This document shows positions 34,639-44,558 of a DNA stretch of 58,854 nt, piece by piece (the first letter of the stretch is position 1; the number at the start of each line of letters is the position of its first letter). The stretch is from a virus (Duplodnaviria; Caudoviricetes). Below the pieces are notes generated by a model. That model ran no database searches. It worked only from the letters and a program-made list of their open reading frames with translations, and was not told the origin of the DNA. The stretch spans positions 1 through 58,854 of IMG/VR virus record IMGVR_UViG_3300042991_000497; one strand, written 5' to 3'. The position numbers and the translations under genes were made by a program.

Positions 34639-36719
34639 GGCGCCCCACCCCAGTTCGTCGCGGTGCTACCGTTCTGTTGGATCGGGTCCGCGATCACGTG
34701 CGTGATGTTCGCGTCCGCCTTGCCGGCGACCGTGAACGTCAAGCTGTCGGTTTTGGCCTTGATCGCGTTGGCGGTGCCGTTAACTGTTGACAGGTTGGCC
34801 GCCGACGCAAGCGCGGTCAGGCCCGCGCCGGCGGTGCCAATTTCTGCTGTGTCCGCCAAAATGGCGGTCACGTCGCCCTGCGCGGTAGCAAGTGCGGCGG
34901 CCGTGGCCAAGCCCGTTTGGATCTCGGTGGTGAAGTCAGCCGCCGTAGCTGCGGCGGTGAGCACGTTCGCGGCCATCGCGCCGACTGAGGCATCCATCCG
35001 CCCGCTGACGAGCGCCGCCGGCAGCCGGGCCTGAATGTCGTTGGTGTCCGATTGGACCGCCGACACTTGCGCGTCGAGGTTCGTCCCGATGATGTACCCG
35101 GCCTGCCCCGCAACGTAGGCGCCCGGCAGCGTCGTGATCCAAGGATCGCCTGCTGCGCCAGCGGCATTGAGCGCGGCTCCTGTGGACCCTGCCGTCAAGT
35201 GCCCAGCGAGTGCCTCGTCCCACACCTTATCCGCGATCTGCGAAAGCGGGTGCACATGGCTGACCCGTACGGTGATTCGGTCCCCTGACGCGGGGATCGT
35301 GACAAAGGCCTCATCGAATGCCGCTGTCCGCGTCGCCCCCGTGTACGAAAGGATCGGTCGCACTTGGCCCGCCCCGGTGCCCGACGCGATGTACAGCAGT
35401 TGATCGTTGTAGAAATTGTCAATCGTCGCCCCAGCCGTGAGCTGGATCGTCGTGCTTGTCGGCGTGCCGGTCGCTACCGTGTCGATGATGACCGCGCCAC
35501 CGGATTGAAGCTCAAAGCCTGCGGTTCCCGCCGTGCTGTGCCCCGAGGTCACCTCGTCCCACACGGCATCAGCAATTTCCGCGCCGAAGTCGGCCGCCGT
35601 AGCTGCAGCGGTGAGCACATTGGATGCCATGGCCCCGACAGAGGCGTCCATCCGCCCTCCAACGAGTGCCGCCGGCAAGCGGGCCTGAATGTCGTTGGTG
35701 TCTGCCAGGATGGTGGTCACATCGCTCTGCACAGTCGCAAGCGCTGCGGCCGTGGCCAAGCCCGTTTGGATCTCGGTGGTGAAGTCAGCTGCCGTAGCCG
35801 CCGCGGTGAGCACGTTCGCCGCCATGGCGCCGACAGTCACAGAAGCTGTGACGCTGGCTACCGATCCAACCACGTTCCCGCCAACGTTGCCGGTGACGCT
35901 GCCGACGGCGCCAGTAACGCTGCCGACGGCGCCAGTAACGCTGCCGACGGCGCCGGTGACGCTGCCGACGGCGCCGGTGACGCTTGCGACGACCTGATCG
36001 GCATCAATGTTCGTGCCCGACAGGTTGACCGCGGTGGTCGGCGCCCCGATGTTCGCCCAGTCCAATCCCGCCTCACCCGTCAGGCTCACATCGAGCGTTC
36101 GGCCCGCCACGGTAGGAACGAGTGGCAGCGCCACAGTGGTGAGATTGTTCCACGTCGAAACGTTCACGTTCGGCACGCCGGCGACGGGTGGAGTGGCCAC
36201 CGCAGTGTTGAGCCAGCGCGCCACGTTGATGTCGACCTGGCCGTTTGCGCTCTGATTGAGTTGGCCCGCGCCAGAACCGCGGGTGTACAGACCGCCAGCG
36301 GCCTCGGCGGCTGCGTTTGGCAGCGCTGTGAGCCCCGAACGCACAGTGTCTTGTTGGTCAACCGCTTTCAATTCAAACTCGATGACACACGACTCCATGT
36401 TCGTCGCCCCTTTGAGCATCACGACAGCACTGTTCACGCCGGTGGCGAATACGGCATCTGGCACGTCTAGCCGGTAAATGCCGGGCATGTTCGTGGCGTC
36501 AACCTCTACAAACCCTCCGCTCGAAAACGCACCAGTCGTGGTTTGCGTCGCCAGGGTGATCGCTACTCGGGCCGCGGCCGGTCGCACATAGCTCGCGACA
36601 AGACTGGCACTATTGAACGCCAACCCGGTCAAGCCGGCGCCCGTGGTGGCGCTGCTGTCCCGGATGAACACATAGACGATCTGGCTCGTCGCGCCTTTGG
36701 TGACCGCTTGTTTGCTCAC
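34635..36719 (-). CDS. Ala/Thr/Gly-rich repetitive virion (fibre or decoration-like) protein
   Basis: VTGAVGS heptad repeats, duplicated DTNDIQARLPAALV.GRMDASVGAMA blocks, IADAVWDE motifs. Confidence 0.6.
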   Translation of the reverse strand: MSKQAVTKGATSQIVYVFIRDSSATTGAGLTGLAFNSASLVASYVRPAAARVAITLATQTTTGAFSSGGFVEVDATNMPGIYRLDVPDAVFATGVNSAVVMLKGATNMESCVIEFELKAVDQQDTVRSGLTALPNAAAEAAGGLYTRGSGAGQLNQSANGQVDINVARWLNTAVATPPVAGVPNVNVSTWNNLTTVALPLVPTVAGRTLDVSLTGEAGLDWANIGAPTTAVNLSGTNIDADQVVASVTGAVGSVTGAVGSVTGAVGSVTGAVGSVTGNVGGNVVGSVASVTASVTVGAMAANVLTAAATAADFTTEIQTGLATAAALATVQSDVTTILADTNDIQARLPAALVGGRMDASVGAMASNVLTAAATAADFGAEIADAVWDEVTSGHSTAGTAGFELQSGGAVIIDTVATGTPTSTTIQLTAGATIDNFYNDQLLYIASGTGAGQVRPILSYTGATRTAAFDEAFVTIPASGDRITVRVSHVHPLSQIADKVWDEALAGHLTAGSTGAALNAAGAAGDPWITTLPGAYVAGQAGYIIGTNLDAQVSAVQSDTNDIQARLPAALVSGRMDASVGAMAANVLTAAATAADFTTEIQTGLATAAALATAQGDVTAILADTAEIGTAGAGLTALASAANLSTVNGTANAIKAKTDSLTFTVAGKADANITHVIADPIQQNGSTATNWGGAP
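35890..35985 (-). repeat. 21-bp tandem repeat encoding (SVTGAVG)n
   Basis: acgctgccgacggcgccRgtR repeated 4-5 times. Confidence 0.85.
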
Positions 36720-37426
36720 GACATACCCCCTGAAAGATCACGCATTCCACCCGTCATTTGGGGCGGCCACCGTTTGATTGCTGCTGTTGTGGTTTCCGAC
36801 CAGAACTCGGCAAGCCCCCACATCCCATCTGTTGATGCTGGCACGGTGGCCGTCTTTGAACCCGTGGCACCCGCCGTCGCTTGAATCGCATCGGCCTCCT
36901 CCACCCCGTAGGTCGCGTTGTCGCTGCGCTCGGTAAGGCTAGCGTCCGGCGTGCATGCCTGCGCGACCCCTTGCGCCACGTACATCGCGACCAGTGCGTT
37001 GTCCTTGGTCGTTGTAATCGACGATGCGACGACCGATGTGCCTGTCCAGCTGTTGAAGCTTACCTGTCCAAAAGGTGCGGCAGTGTCTGGATTGTCGTGG
37101 GTGACTCGGGTCCATGCGTGCGCACTGTTTGCGCTTGACGTGAGGGTGGCGCTCCCAGGACTTGACGGCTCAATCCGGTAGAACAGCGTGACGCGGCCGT
37201 TGATGAGCCCTCCCGCCATGCCGTTGAAGACGAACGTCCCCCCGGCAGTCCAACCGCTCGGTGTCGTGTGCGTCGGGGCGGCCGTTGGCGCAAGGGCTGC
37301 GGAGGTATACCAGATTACGCCCAGGTCATCCTGCACCGTGCCAGTCGGTAGCGTAGCTGTGACTGACGACACCGAAAAGGTGTTGTCGCCACCGCTCGCA
37401 GCAGCTCGGAACGCTAGATTAGCCAT
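36716..37426 (-). CDS. Ser/Thr-rich beta-sandwich-like protein, probably virion-associated
   Basis: T.P.GT...DL, TPSGWT, ATGSKTAT; ATGA overlap. Confidence 0.55.
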   Translation of the reverse strand: MANLAFRAAASGGDNTFSVSSVTATLPTGTVQDDLGVIWYTSAALAPTAAPTHTTPSGWTAGGTFVFNGMAGGLINGRVTLFYRIEPSSPGSATLTSSANSAHAWTRVTHDNPDTAAPFGQVSFNSWTGTSVVASSITTTKDNALVAMYVAQGVAQACTPDASLTERSDNATYGVEEADAIQATAGATGSKTATVPASTDGMWGLAEFWSETTTAAIKRWPPQMTGGMRDLSGGMS

Positions 37427-37700
37427 GCGCGATCAACCACGCGGCGCTGCGGTCCTTCAGCTTTTGGTGCACCGTTGAATCAATGCACGCCTGATGAACG
37501 CGCGGCAGCATCTGAGCTATCGTGGCGCCCCCAAACGCTGTATTTTTGAGCAACTCGACAATGTCGCGCGCATCAGCAGCCGCAAGCATCGCGTTCCTGC
37601 GCCCTAGCTTGCCACCACCAAATGCCATTTCAGAAACGAATGTCGACCCAGCGCCGAGCATATCGCCAGAGCCATCACAAACGGACAGTAGAGAGATCAC
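37419..37700 (-). CDS. Hypothetical protein (start uncertain)
   Basis: Fills the gap in the operon; GTG start assumed. Confidence 0.35.
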   Translation of the reverse strand: MISLLSVCDGSGDMLGAGSTFVSEMAFGGGKLGRRNAMLAAADARDIVELLKNTAFGGATIAQMLPRVHQACIDSTVHQKLKDRSAAWLIAHG

Positions 37701-37704
37701 TTCT

Positions 37705-38499
37705 CTACCCTTGAGAGATACCCAGCTGAGCAAATATGCCTGGCGCCGTTGTCACGCTCGGTAGCCACAGCATGAAGGGAACTGTGTTATCCGCCAGTTT
37801 GGGGAAATTCAGTTGTAGCGCGTTGAGTGTCGCATTGCCGGTAGCTGGCACGGCAATCATCGCCAGCACACGATAGGCCACAAGGTGGAACGTCCCACTA
37901 GTCATAGTCGCTGACAACTGGATCGACTGGACCGACTTGCACCCAACGTCGCCCGCGGCGAGCGCTAACGGAATGAACGAGCCTGCCGCCATCGTTGCCG
38001 GGAGCGCAGCACTGACCACAGTCCGCCCGGTTACGTTGGCAGTGTTGGTGTAGACAATCGTGAAGGTCGGCGTGCCCGCCCCCATGGTGCCCGAGACTTC
38101 AATGCCACATTGGATGCCGGCTCCGTTAATCGTCTCGTTCTTGTCGCGCGCAGGCAGGGCAACAGAGTTCACAGTCTGCGAAGTCGTGAGCGTTGGGCTC
38201 AGTCCTGAGTTGTGCCAGAGCCGGTCGCAAAGGAGCAGCGCGCCGCTAACATTCGCCGCGGCAGTCATCCCCGACAGCCGAGTCTCCCCGCTGACTGGAT
38301 TCGTGAACGGAATTTGGCCGGCGTAGCTTGTCAGAGCGGCGCCACCGACACCTGGTGTTGGCGCGACGGCGGCGCCAGGCATGCCTGCAGCGTAGAACAG
38401 ACTTTGCAACCGCCCGACGACTGCGGTGGCACCATTCTTCTGGATCGGCTCAAGCGGGCGCATGCCCGCGAGGATGCTTTCTGAGTCTGTGAGCGCCAT
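37705..38499 (-). CDS. Hypothetical beta-rich virion-region protein
   Basis: SD gagg plus ATG; LLLCDRLWHNSG, LPARD, YTN...GRT, LAAGDVG. Confidence 0.65.
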   Translation of the reverse strand: MALTDSESILAGMRPLEPIQKNGATAVVGRLQSLFYAAGMPGAAVAPTPGVGGAALTSYAGQIPFTNPVSGETRLSGMTAAANVSGALLLCDRLWHNSGLSPTLTTSQTVNSVALPARDKNETINGAGIQCGIEVSGTMGAGTPTFTIVYTNTANVTGRTVVSAALPATMAAGSFIPLALAAGDVGCKSVQSIQLSATMTSGTFHLVAYRVLAMIAVPATGNATLNALQLNFPKLADNTVPFMLWLPSVTTAPGIFAQLGISQG

Positions 38500-38530
38500 T
38501 GTTCTACCTCTAGGGGGTTACCGGCGTGGG

Positions 38531-40798
38531 CTATTCTTCTTCAGCGCCGACGAGTTCGCCGGACTGGTCGTACTGGAATTTGACTTTCTTCTTGCCGCCC
38601 TTGGCCTGCTCTTGACTGCGGGCCATGGCCGAGTCGACCGCGGTCTTCACAACATCGGCGAGCATCTTATTCTTCTGCGAGGAGTCTTCGCGCGCAGCGA
38701 TGGCCGCCTCCTTCTCCATGTCGAGTTTGTGCTCAAGCTGGATGCGGCCGACTTCCAGCTCGACGGCCTGGGCTTGTTGCTTCTCCATCGCCTGTTGCTG
38801 GGCCTGCTGGCTGGCCTCAAGCTCCTCGTCCGACGGCACCGCTTCGGTGGGTAGTTCCATCGCCGCTGCGGTATCGCGCAGCACCACGGCGCGGTGGCGC
38901 GGCGTGATGATGGCGGCGTCTATCGGGTTGGCCGTCAAGCTCAAGAAGTTCAGGCGGCGGGTCTGCGCGGCCTCGCGGATCAAAATCGCAGCGGCGCCGC
39001 GCGGCACCACGATGCAATCGCCCTTGATCGACTTGTCCGGGTTGTAGATCATCTCGTTCGCGAAACAATCCCCGATCGTGGGGCTGAGCACGTTCAAGTC
39101 GCAATTGCTGATTGCGCGGCGCAGCCCCTTGGCCGCGTTTTGCATCAGCATACCCAACCCCGTGGCCGTATCGGCGCTGCCGCCGGCTCGCTCGTTGCCG
39201 TAGGCGTATCTCGGGATGCCGGTGGCGTCATCCGCCTTTAGTTCCCACTTCTCGTAGTTGCCCATCAGGCTCGCCGAATTGTCGGAGGCCTGGAAGAAAC
39301 CGATGCCTGGCGCGGCCTGGCCGGCGGCCTGCGGGTCGCTCTTGAGCTGCCAAATCTTCCACGGGAAGATCTCCATGCTGTTCTCGCCGTCCGCAAACCG
39401 ATCGGCATGTACCCACACCATCGGGCCACTGGACATTGCCATGTTGTCGGCCATGGCGCTGGCGATGGCGTTGCACATGCGCTGGCTCACCGACGCGAGG
39501 TCGGGGATCGAGTTGCCCCAGAAAGCGCCCGGAATCTCGTCGTAGCAAGCCTTGCGATACGGGCGCTGCCCCAGCTTATCTGGGTTCAGCGCCGCGTAGA
39601 GCACGTATCGGCCGCACAGCAGCACGTTGCATTCGTACTCGGCGGTAGGATCGAGATCGTCCTTGACGCCCCACATGGCGAGTTTCCAACCCGGCACACG
39701 GCCCCAGTAGTTCAGCGCATCAATCACCCCTTGCGGGGAAAGCCACATGTACATGGTTTCCTGTTCGAGCTTTTGGCGCTCGGCTTCGGTCCACATCCAG
39801 TTTTCTATCCGCCCCTCGGCGTAGTCCATCAGGGCGTTGTCGATCTGCTCGTCTTGGTAGCCGGGAAGGCCCTTCAGATCGTAGAGTTCTTCGCGGTGAA
39901 AACGCATGCGCTCGATGAACTCGCCCTTCTGAGGAGACGTGGTGTTCGACGATGGGTAGGCGTCGAACGGGCTCACCCGGTCCCACCACTGCACTGGGTC
40001 GTTGGTAACCTTCGGGGTGAAGCCCTCGCCCCACGCCAACACCTTGTGCCTCTTGTACGTCGGGCCTTTCAAAATCGCGGCGGGGTACGTTACGAAGTCC
40101 TCGATGAAGCTGTCCATGGCCTGCGTGTAGTTGCCCTGCGCGAGGCGGTCGGCGATGACCTTCTCCATGCGTTTGGCGCGCGATTTGGCGGCCTTCCTGA
40201 ACTCGACTTCGGCCTCGGTGCGAAACTTCTCGCCCAAGTCGGCCGCGAGCTGCCGGAACTCTTCTGTGGGCATCACCCCGCCCCCGGCCTCCTGGGCCTG
40301 CAACATGACTTGCTGGGCTTTCTTGAGGGCCTTCTGGACAACCTGCTCTTTGACCGGACGCGGTAAGTCAGGCAACGGTGTTGGATCGACCCCCCATGGC
40401 TGTTCACCCACGGGCAGAAGGATCTCCCGCACCCACGCGCTGCCGGCGCGGCATTTCGTCTCTGTGAGGTCAGTGAACACCAGGTTCATGCCCGAGCCGC
40501 TGGCGGCCATCTGCTGCACCTCGGCGGGGCTGTAGACCCGGCGGCGCGCGCGCAGACAGGCCAGCAGTTTGCGGTCGATTGCCTCCTTGGCCGTCTTGTT
40601 GCGCTGCCAAGCGAGGCGCACGTGGCCCACGAGTTCTGGCACGTCATCCTCGATGACGAACATCGGTTCAGGCAGTTTCGCTTGGTCGCGCTGCTCAACA
40701 TCCTTGAGGTTCAGCCGGCGGACGAATGGGTTCGTACCGCCTGGACGTGTCTGAGACGGAGCTTGGGGTGCGAGGGCTGATCCAATGACTGCGGCCAT
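38531..40798 (-). CDS. Portal protein
   Basis: 755 aa between TerL and scaffold; LKGP, VSPFD.YP, PG.FWG.SIPD, D..TGIP.Y, TATGL.MLM; coiled-coil tail. Confidence 0.9.
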   Translation of the reverse strand: MAAVIGSALAPQAPSQTRPGGTNPFVRRLNLKDVEQRDQAKLPEPMFVIEDDVPELVGHVRLAWQRNKTAKEAIDRKLLACLRARRRVYSPAEVQQMAASGSGMNLVFTDLTETKCRAGSAWVREILLPVGEQPWGVDPTPLPDLPRPVKEQVVQKALKKAQQVMLQAQEAGGGVMPTEEFRQLAADLGEKFRTEAEVEFRKAAKSRAKRMEKVIADRLAQGNYTQAMDSFIEDFVTYPAAILKGPTYKRHKVLAWGEGFTPKVTNDPVQWWDRVSPFDAYPSSNTTSPQKGEFIERMRFHREELYDLKGLPGYQDEQIDNALMDYAEGRIENWMWTEAERQKLEQETMYMWLSPQGVIDALNYWGRVPGWKLAMWGVKDDLDPTAEYECNVLLCGRYVLYAALNPDKLGQRPYRKACYDEIPGAFWGNSIPDLASVSQRMCNAIASAMADNMAMSSGPMVWVHADRFADGENSMEIFPWKIWQLKSDPQAAGQAAPGIGFFQASDNSASLMGNYEKWELKADDATGIPRYAYGNERAGGSADTATGLGMLMQNAAKGLRRAISNCDLNVLSPTIGDCFANEMIYNPDKSIKGDCIVVPRGAAAILIREAAQTRRLNFLSLTANPIDAAIITPRHRAVVLRDTAAAMELPTEAVPSDEELEASQQAQQQAMEKQQAQAVELEVGRIQLEHKLDMEKEAAIAAREDSSQKNKMLADVVKTAVDSAMARSQEQAKGGKKKVKFQYDQSGELVGAEEE

Positions 40799-40834
40799 GA
40801 GGGTAAATTATGCCCGAGTGTCGCGTAGAGGCAA
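40799..40834 (-). promoter_or_regulatory. Sigma70-like promoter for portal, probably leaderless
   Basis: TTGCCT-N16-CATAAT-N8-ATG, no SD. Confidence 0.5.
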
Positions 40835-40848
40835 CACCGCCGCCAGAA

Positions 40849-40891
40849 ATACAAAAGCCCCCACCGTGACGGGCCCGGATGGTGGGGGCTT
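40849..40891 (-). terminator. Terminator after terL
   Basis: aagcccccacc..ggtgggggctt stem followed by ttgtattt on the - strand. Confidence 0.6.
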
Positions 40892-41063
40892 AGGGCCCAC
40901 ACATCTCGATTGGTAGCAGGCGTGCCAGCATACCAAATGCAAGAAGCCCACACAAGGTGGGCTTCAGGGCCGCGACCTGCACATTGGTCGAAGCCTCGCG
41001 ACCGGCTTCCGGAGAAATCAATCCCGCTTCAGCGGGTCCGCATGTGCAATGCGAAGGGCGAAC

Positions 41064-42779
41064 TCAAGTAGACCGATTCCAGACCACGGTGCGCCGCTGG
41101 ACGGGGCGCACCTTGGCGGACGTGACTTTGCGGTCAATAAGTTCAGGGATGAAGGTCAGCGCGAGCGAGTCGGCCCTGTCTGGCGACTTGCCTCCGTTCT
41201 TCTTGATGTCCTTCTTGCTCTGCAGCTGAACGCGGAACTTGGCGTCGTTGCCGTAGTCGAGCGAGGTCAGCTCGTTGGCAAGCTCGTCGCTGTCTGGAAT
41301 CTGGCCATTCTCAAGCCAATCCCGCATCTTGCCCCAGCACTCCGACCGCTGGTTGAAATACTGCTTGTCGTCTTTCGCCGGCTGGCCCCATTGCACCGGG
41401 ATCAGGTGCGGCAACCCATGTATGCGGCGCAGCGCCGAGTCCAAGTCGGCGCCGTTGCCGATGGCGTCGTACGCAATGCACGAGATGCCTGGCTCCTTGC
41501 GGCAGATCTCGAATATGCGGCCGGCGAGGTCCACGCCGTCGAAGCCGCCCAGGGCTACCTGGTAATGCACCTTCATGCCTTGGCGCAGCGTGATGACGCT
41601 GAAGTCGTCGCCAAAGCGCGCTGGGTCGACCGCCAGGAACTTCGGAAACGCCTGGTACGTCGTGAGGCCGAGAACCCGGCGCTGGGCCTGGTACACAAGT
41701 TCGGGGCTGATGAAGTTCGCGTAGCCAGCGCGCGGGAACTTGCCCAGCACGCGCACACGCACGAAGTCGCTGTCGATGCCGTACTCGTCGATCCATGCCT
41801 GAATCTGCTTCTTGTTCGAGAAGCTCACCGCCCGGCTGTCCACTTCCGTGAACACGTTCGAGCGCGTCGGGTGCGCCCGGGTAATCCCTTGGCCAACCCG
41901 ATTCACAAAGCCGGGCTGCGAGCACTTCTTGAAGAAGAACCCGCTGGTCTTCGTCGGGTTGCCGTAGCGCAGCCAGATGATCTCAGTGTTCGCGTCCGTG
42001 AGCGCACCCTCGGCCACTTCCGAGATGATGTCGTCAATGGCCGATGCCTCGTCGAACAGCAGCAGGATGCGCGAGCCTTGGTTGTGCAGGCCGGCGAACG
42101 CTTCCGAGTTCTCCTTCGACCAGGGCACCGCGTCGACGCGCCAGCGCATCTCGCGCTCTGGGTCGTTGTCAATCGACAGCCGCGTGGCAGTGAGCTTGAA
42201 CAACGACTTGGCGATGAACATGCCGTGCCACTTGCTGAGTTCAGCCCATGTCTTCGTCTTGAGCTGGCCATCCGTGCCGGCGGTGACGACGCCGCGGGTG
42301 TCTGCGCACGTGCTGGTGGCCCACAGGATCATCCACGCGACCTGGGCCGACTTGCCAATGCCGTGGCCGCTGGCTGTGTCTTCCTGGATCACGTCGCCGG
42401 CCGCGGCGGCGCCGGCGCGTAGGCGCGTGCCAATACGGTCAAGCTGCTCGCGTTGCCACTCCTCCGGTCCATCCATATCTGCCAACGGCGTGCCCGCCTC
42501 GCCCCAAGGAAACGCCCACATCACAAACCCCAGGGGGTCGTGCCGATACCGGGCCAGGCCGTCCAACAACTCATCGAGTGGGGTGTTCTTGACTTCAGCC
42601 ACCATGAGTTCTGACCCCTTCACCGGCACCCGGTACTCCTCGCGGAATCCCGGCGGCCGGCCCCGTTGCTTCGGCGTTGCGTTCTTGTAGAGACCCAGAA
42701 AACGAGGGTCCGCAATGCCCCCCGGCTGCGACGCCTCGCTTCGGATCATGCTCCAACGCCCGGGCTTGTGCTGCGCCAT
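41064..42779 (-). CDS. terL: Terminase large subunit
   Basis: Walker A SGHGIGKS, Walker B LLLFDEAS, GNPT..SG.F, RVRVLGKFP, nuclease AVDPARFGDD, SPDRADSLALTF. Confidence 0.95.
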   Translation of the reverse strand: MAQHKPGRWSMIRSEASQPGGIADPRFLGLYKNATPKQRGRPPGFREEYRVPVKGSELMVAEVKNTPLDELLDGLARYRHDPLGFVMWAFPWGEAGTPLADMDGPEEWQREQLDRIGTRLRAGAAAAGDVIQEDTASGHGIGKSAQVAWMILWATSTCADTRGVVTAGTDGQLKTKTWAELSKWHGMFIAKSLFKLTATRLSIDNDPEREMRWRVDAVPWSKENSEAFAGLHNQGSRILLLFDEASAIDDIISEVAEGALTDANTEIIWLRYGNPTKTSGFFFKKCSQPGFVNRVGQGITRAHPTRSNVFTEVDSRAVSFSNKKQIQAWIDEYGIDSDFVRVRVLGKFPRAGYANFISPELVYQAQRRVLGLTTYQAFPKFLAVDPARFGDDFSVITLRQGMKVHYQVALGGFDGVDLAGRIFEICRKEPGISCIAYDAIGNGADLDSALRRIHGLPHLIPVQWGQPAKDDKQYFNQRSECWGKMRDWLENGQIPDSDELANELTSLDYGNDAKFRVQLQSKKDIKKNGGKSPDRADSLALTFIPELIDRKVTSAKVRPVQRRTVVWNRST

Positions 42780-43498
42780 CAGAACAATTGCTCATCTTCC
42801 TCGGCATCCAGTTGGTCGAAGAAGCATTCAGGCGGCGTCTCGGGCGTCTCGCTTTCTAGCGGCAGCCGGGCGGCGCGTACCTCGCGGTGGGCTACGTCCT
42901 CGACTTCTCGCACCGCCGGTACGCGGGTTTTGGCCGCGTTCAGCCGATCGGCCAGCATGCTTGCGATAGCGTTCACGCCGTCGCCGTCGTCGTTGATGAG
43001 TTTGAAGTGTTTGGCCAGCAGACCCAAGGCGTCCATCTTGCTGGCGAACCGGATCTTGATTACGTCGACGTGCTCTGGTTCTTTCGCGGTGCCGATGTTC
43101 TTGCGCTGCACCGTGATGCTGGTGATGGCCGCGGCCGTGTCATCGTCGATTTCGTGGACGGGTAGTAGACGCCCCTCCGCGTCGAAAATCTTGCGCACGT
43201 CGGCGTAGGCCACCCGGGCGATCTCGCGTTTCGTGCGCTCCGCGGTGACCCCGGCGGCCGATAGGCGCATGGCCACCAACTCTTGAATCCGCTTCACTAC
43301 CCGCGGTTCTTTGGCCAGGTGCCAGTACATCGTCGACTTGTGGTTCACCCCCATTGACCGCAGTGTGGCGGCCACGGTGTTGCCGTTCGCGATGCCTTGG
43401 CAGAACTCTTCCTCGAAAGCAGGCTTAACAGCCACAAGGTGTTCGGCGTTCATGTAGGGCACATACGCCGATCTGAACCCCGATTTTGGCGCCACCAT
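42779..43498 (-). CDS. terS: Terminase small subunit
   Basis: Upstream of terL; E.FC, L...P.V...I, EIARVAYAD, K..AL.LL.KH. Confidence 0.85.
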   Translation of the reverse strand: MVAPKSGFRSAYVPYMNAEHLVAVKPAFEEEFCQGIANGNTVAATLRSMGVNHKSTMYWHLAKEPRVVKRIQELVAMRLSAAGVTAERTKREIARVAYADVRKIFDAEGRLLPVHEIDDDTAAAITSITVQRKNIGTAKEPEHVDVIKIRFASKMDALGLLAKHFKLINDDGDGVNAIASMLADRLNAAKTRVPAVREVEDVAHREVRAARLPLESETPETPPECFFDQLDAEEDEQLF

Positions 43499-43548
43499 TT
43501 GGTCCTCGCGTTAGCGGGCGATTTTCAAAAATCACCCGCAAAAAATTT

Positions 43549-43654
43549 CAGATTCCGATTCGGAGATTTCAGCTCAGGCCGCGGCGTCCAGACTCCGATT
43601 TGGAGATTTCAGCTCGGGATTGCAGGTCCCAGACTCCAGATTCCGATTTGGAGA
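43549..43654. repeat. Three direct repeats CAGAYTCCGATTYGGAGA(TTTCAGCTC) upstream of terS
   Basis: Copies at 43549, 43589 (40-bp period) and 43637. Confidence 0.8.
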
Positions 43655-44047
43655 CTGGGACTTAGGATGCCATAGACCTAGGAGGGGGTGTGCCCCCTCT
43701 CTCAAAAGCGGGGGCGCCGCCCCTCCCCCACCCCCTCTCTCGCGCACGTCAATACTCTTCGCTGTCCGCGCTGTGCTGCGTGCCCATACCTCCGCTCAGA
43801 TCGTAGCCTTGGGCCGGCGCGACGGCGCGCTTGGCCTTGGCGGGCATAGCCGCGACGACTCGGGCGGCACGCATCGCCCCTTGCTCCGCGCTCTCCCTGA
43901 TGCAAGGGCTGCAACCCGTCGCTTGGGCACGGAAGCGCTGGGCGGGGATCGCGTCGGCCGGGCCGGTTGTATTCGGTGCTCGATTCATGGTGCTTTTCCT
44001 TGCTTTTCCTTGCTTTGGGTTATGCACCCAACGCCTCACGCGGGGCG

Positions 44048-44374
44048 TTAGTGCTCGGGGGAAGAATCTAGGGCGTGCAGCGCTGCGCGTCGGCGTTCGT
44101 TGAAGTCCAAGACGAACCGCTGAATTGCTGCGGTAAGGCTGGGCCAGTTAGTGCGGTTTGCGTCATCGTTCTTGCTTTCTTCGAGCAGCTGTGCTAGCAA
44201 GCCGGCTGCGAATTCTTTAGCCGCCTTGAGCGTATCGGGGGCGGGGACTGTCGACCGCCAGATGACCTCCTTCTTGAGCCCGCTTGGGAAGGTGGCTAGA
44301 AAGCCCCCAATCTTGGGGTCCGTGTCGTGAGTGAGCGCTCGCAATTGAGTCATGACTGTCCGAAAAGTAGACAC
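44048..44374 (-). CDS. Hypothetical protein
   Basis: 108-aa ORF preceded by TTGCCT-N17-TAGACT on the - strand. Confidence 0.55.
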   Translation of the reverse strand: MSTFRTVMTQLRALTHDTDPKIGGFLATFPSGLKKEVIWRSTVPAPDTLKAAKEFAAGLLAQLLEESKNDDANRTNWPSLTAAIQRFVLDFNERRRAALHALDSSPEH

Positions 44375-44558
44375 ACTGCCCGATAGTCTAACACCTGCCT
44401 ATTTTTTAGGCAATTCCGATGTTTTTTCGCTGTTTTCGCTGTCTCTTATGACTTTTGGTTATATAGACGCACCTTAATGGTGCGTGGCGGCTGAAACCAG
44501 CCGGCCCGCATCTATATGTGTAACAGTTGTAAGCGCGACCTGCAAAACTTTGCGTGTG

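Noticed and set aside
41049-42422. Long + strand ORFs opposite structural genes (for example 41049..42422, 27632..28813, 35364..36470)
   Set aside because: Antisense shadows of well-supported - strand genes in high-GC DNA, with no recognisable motifs.
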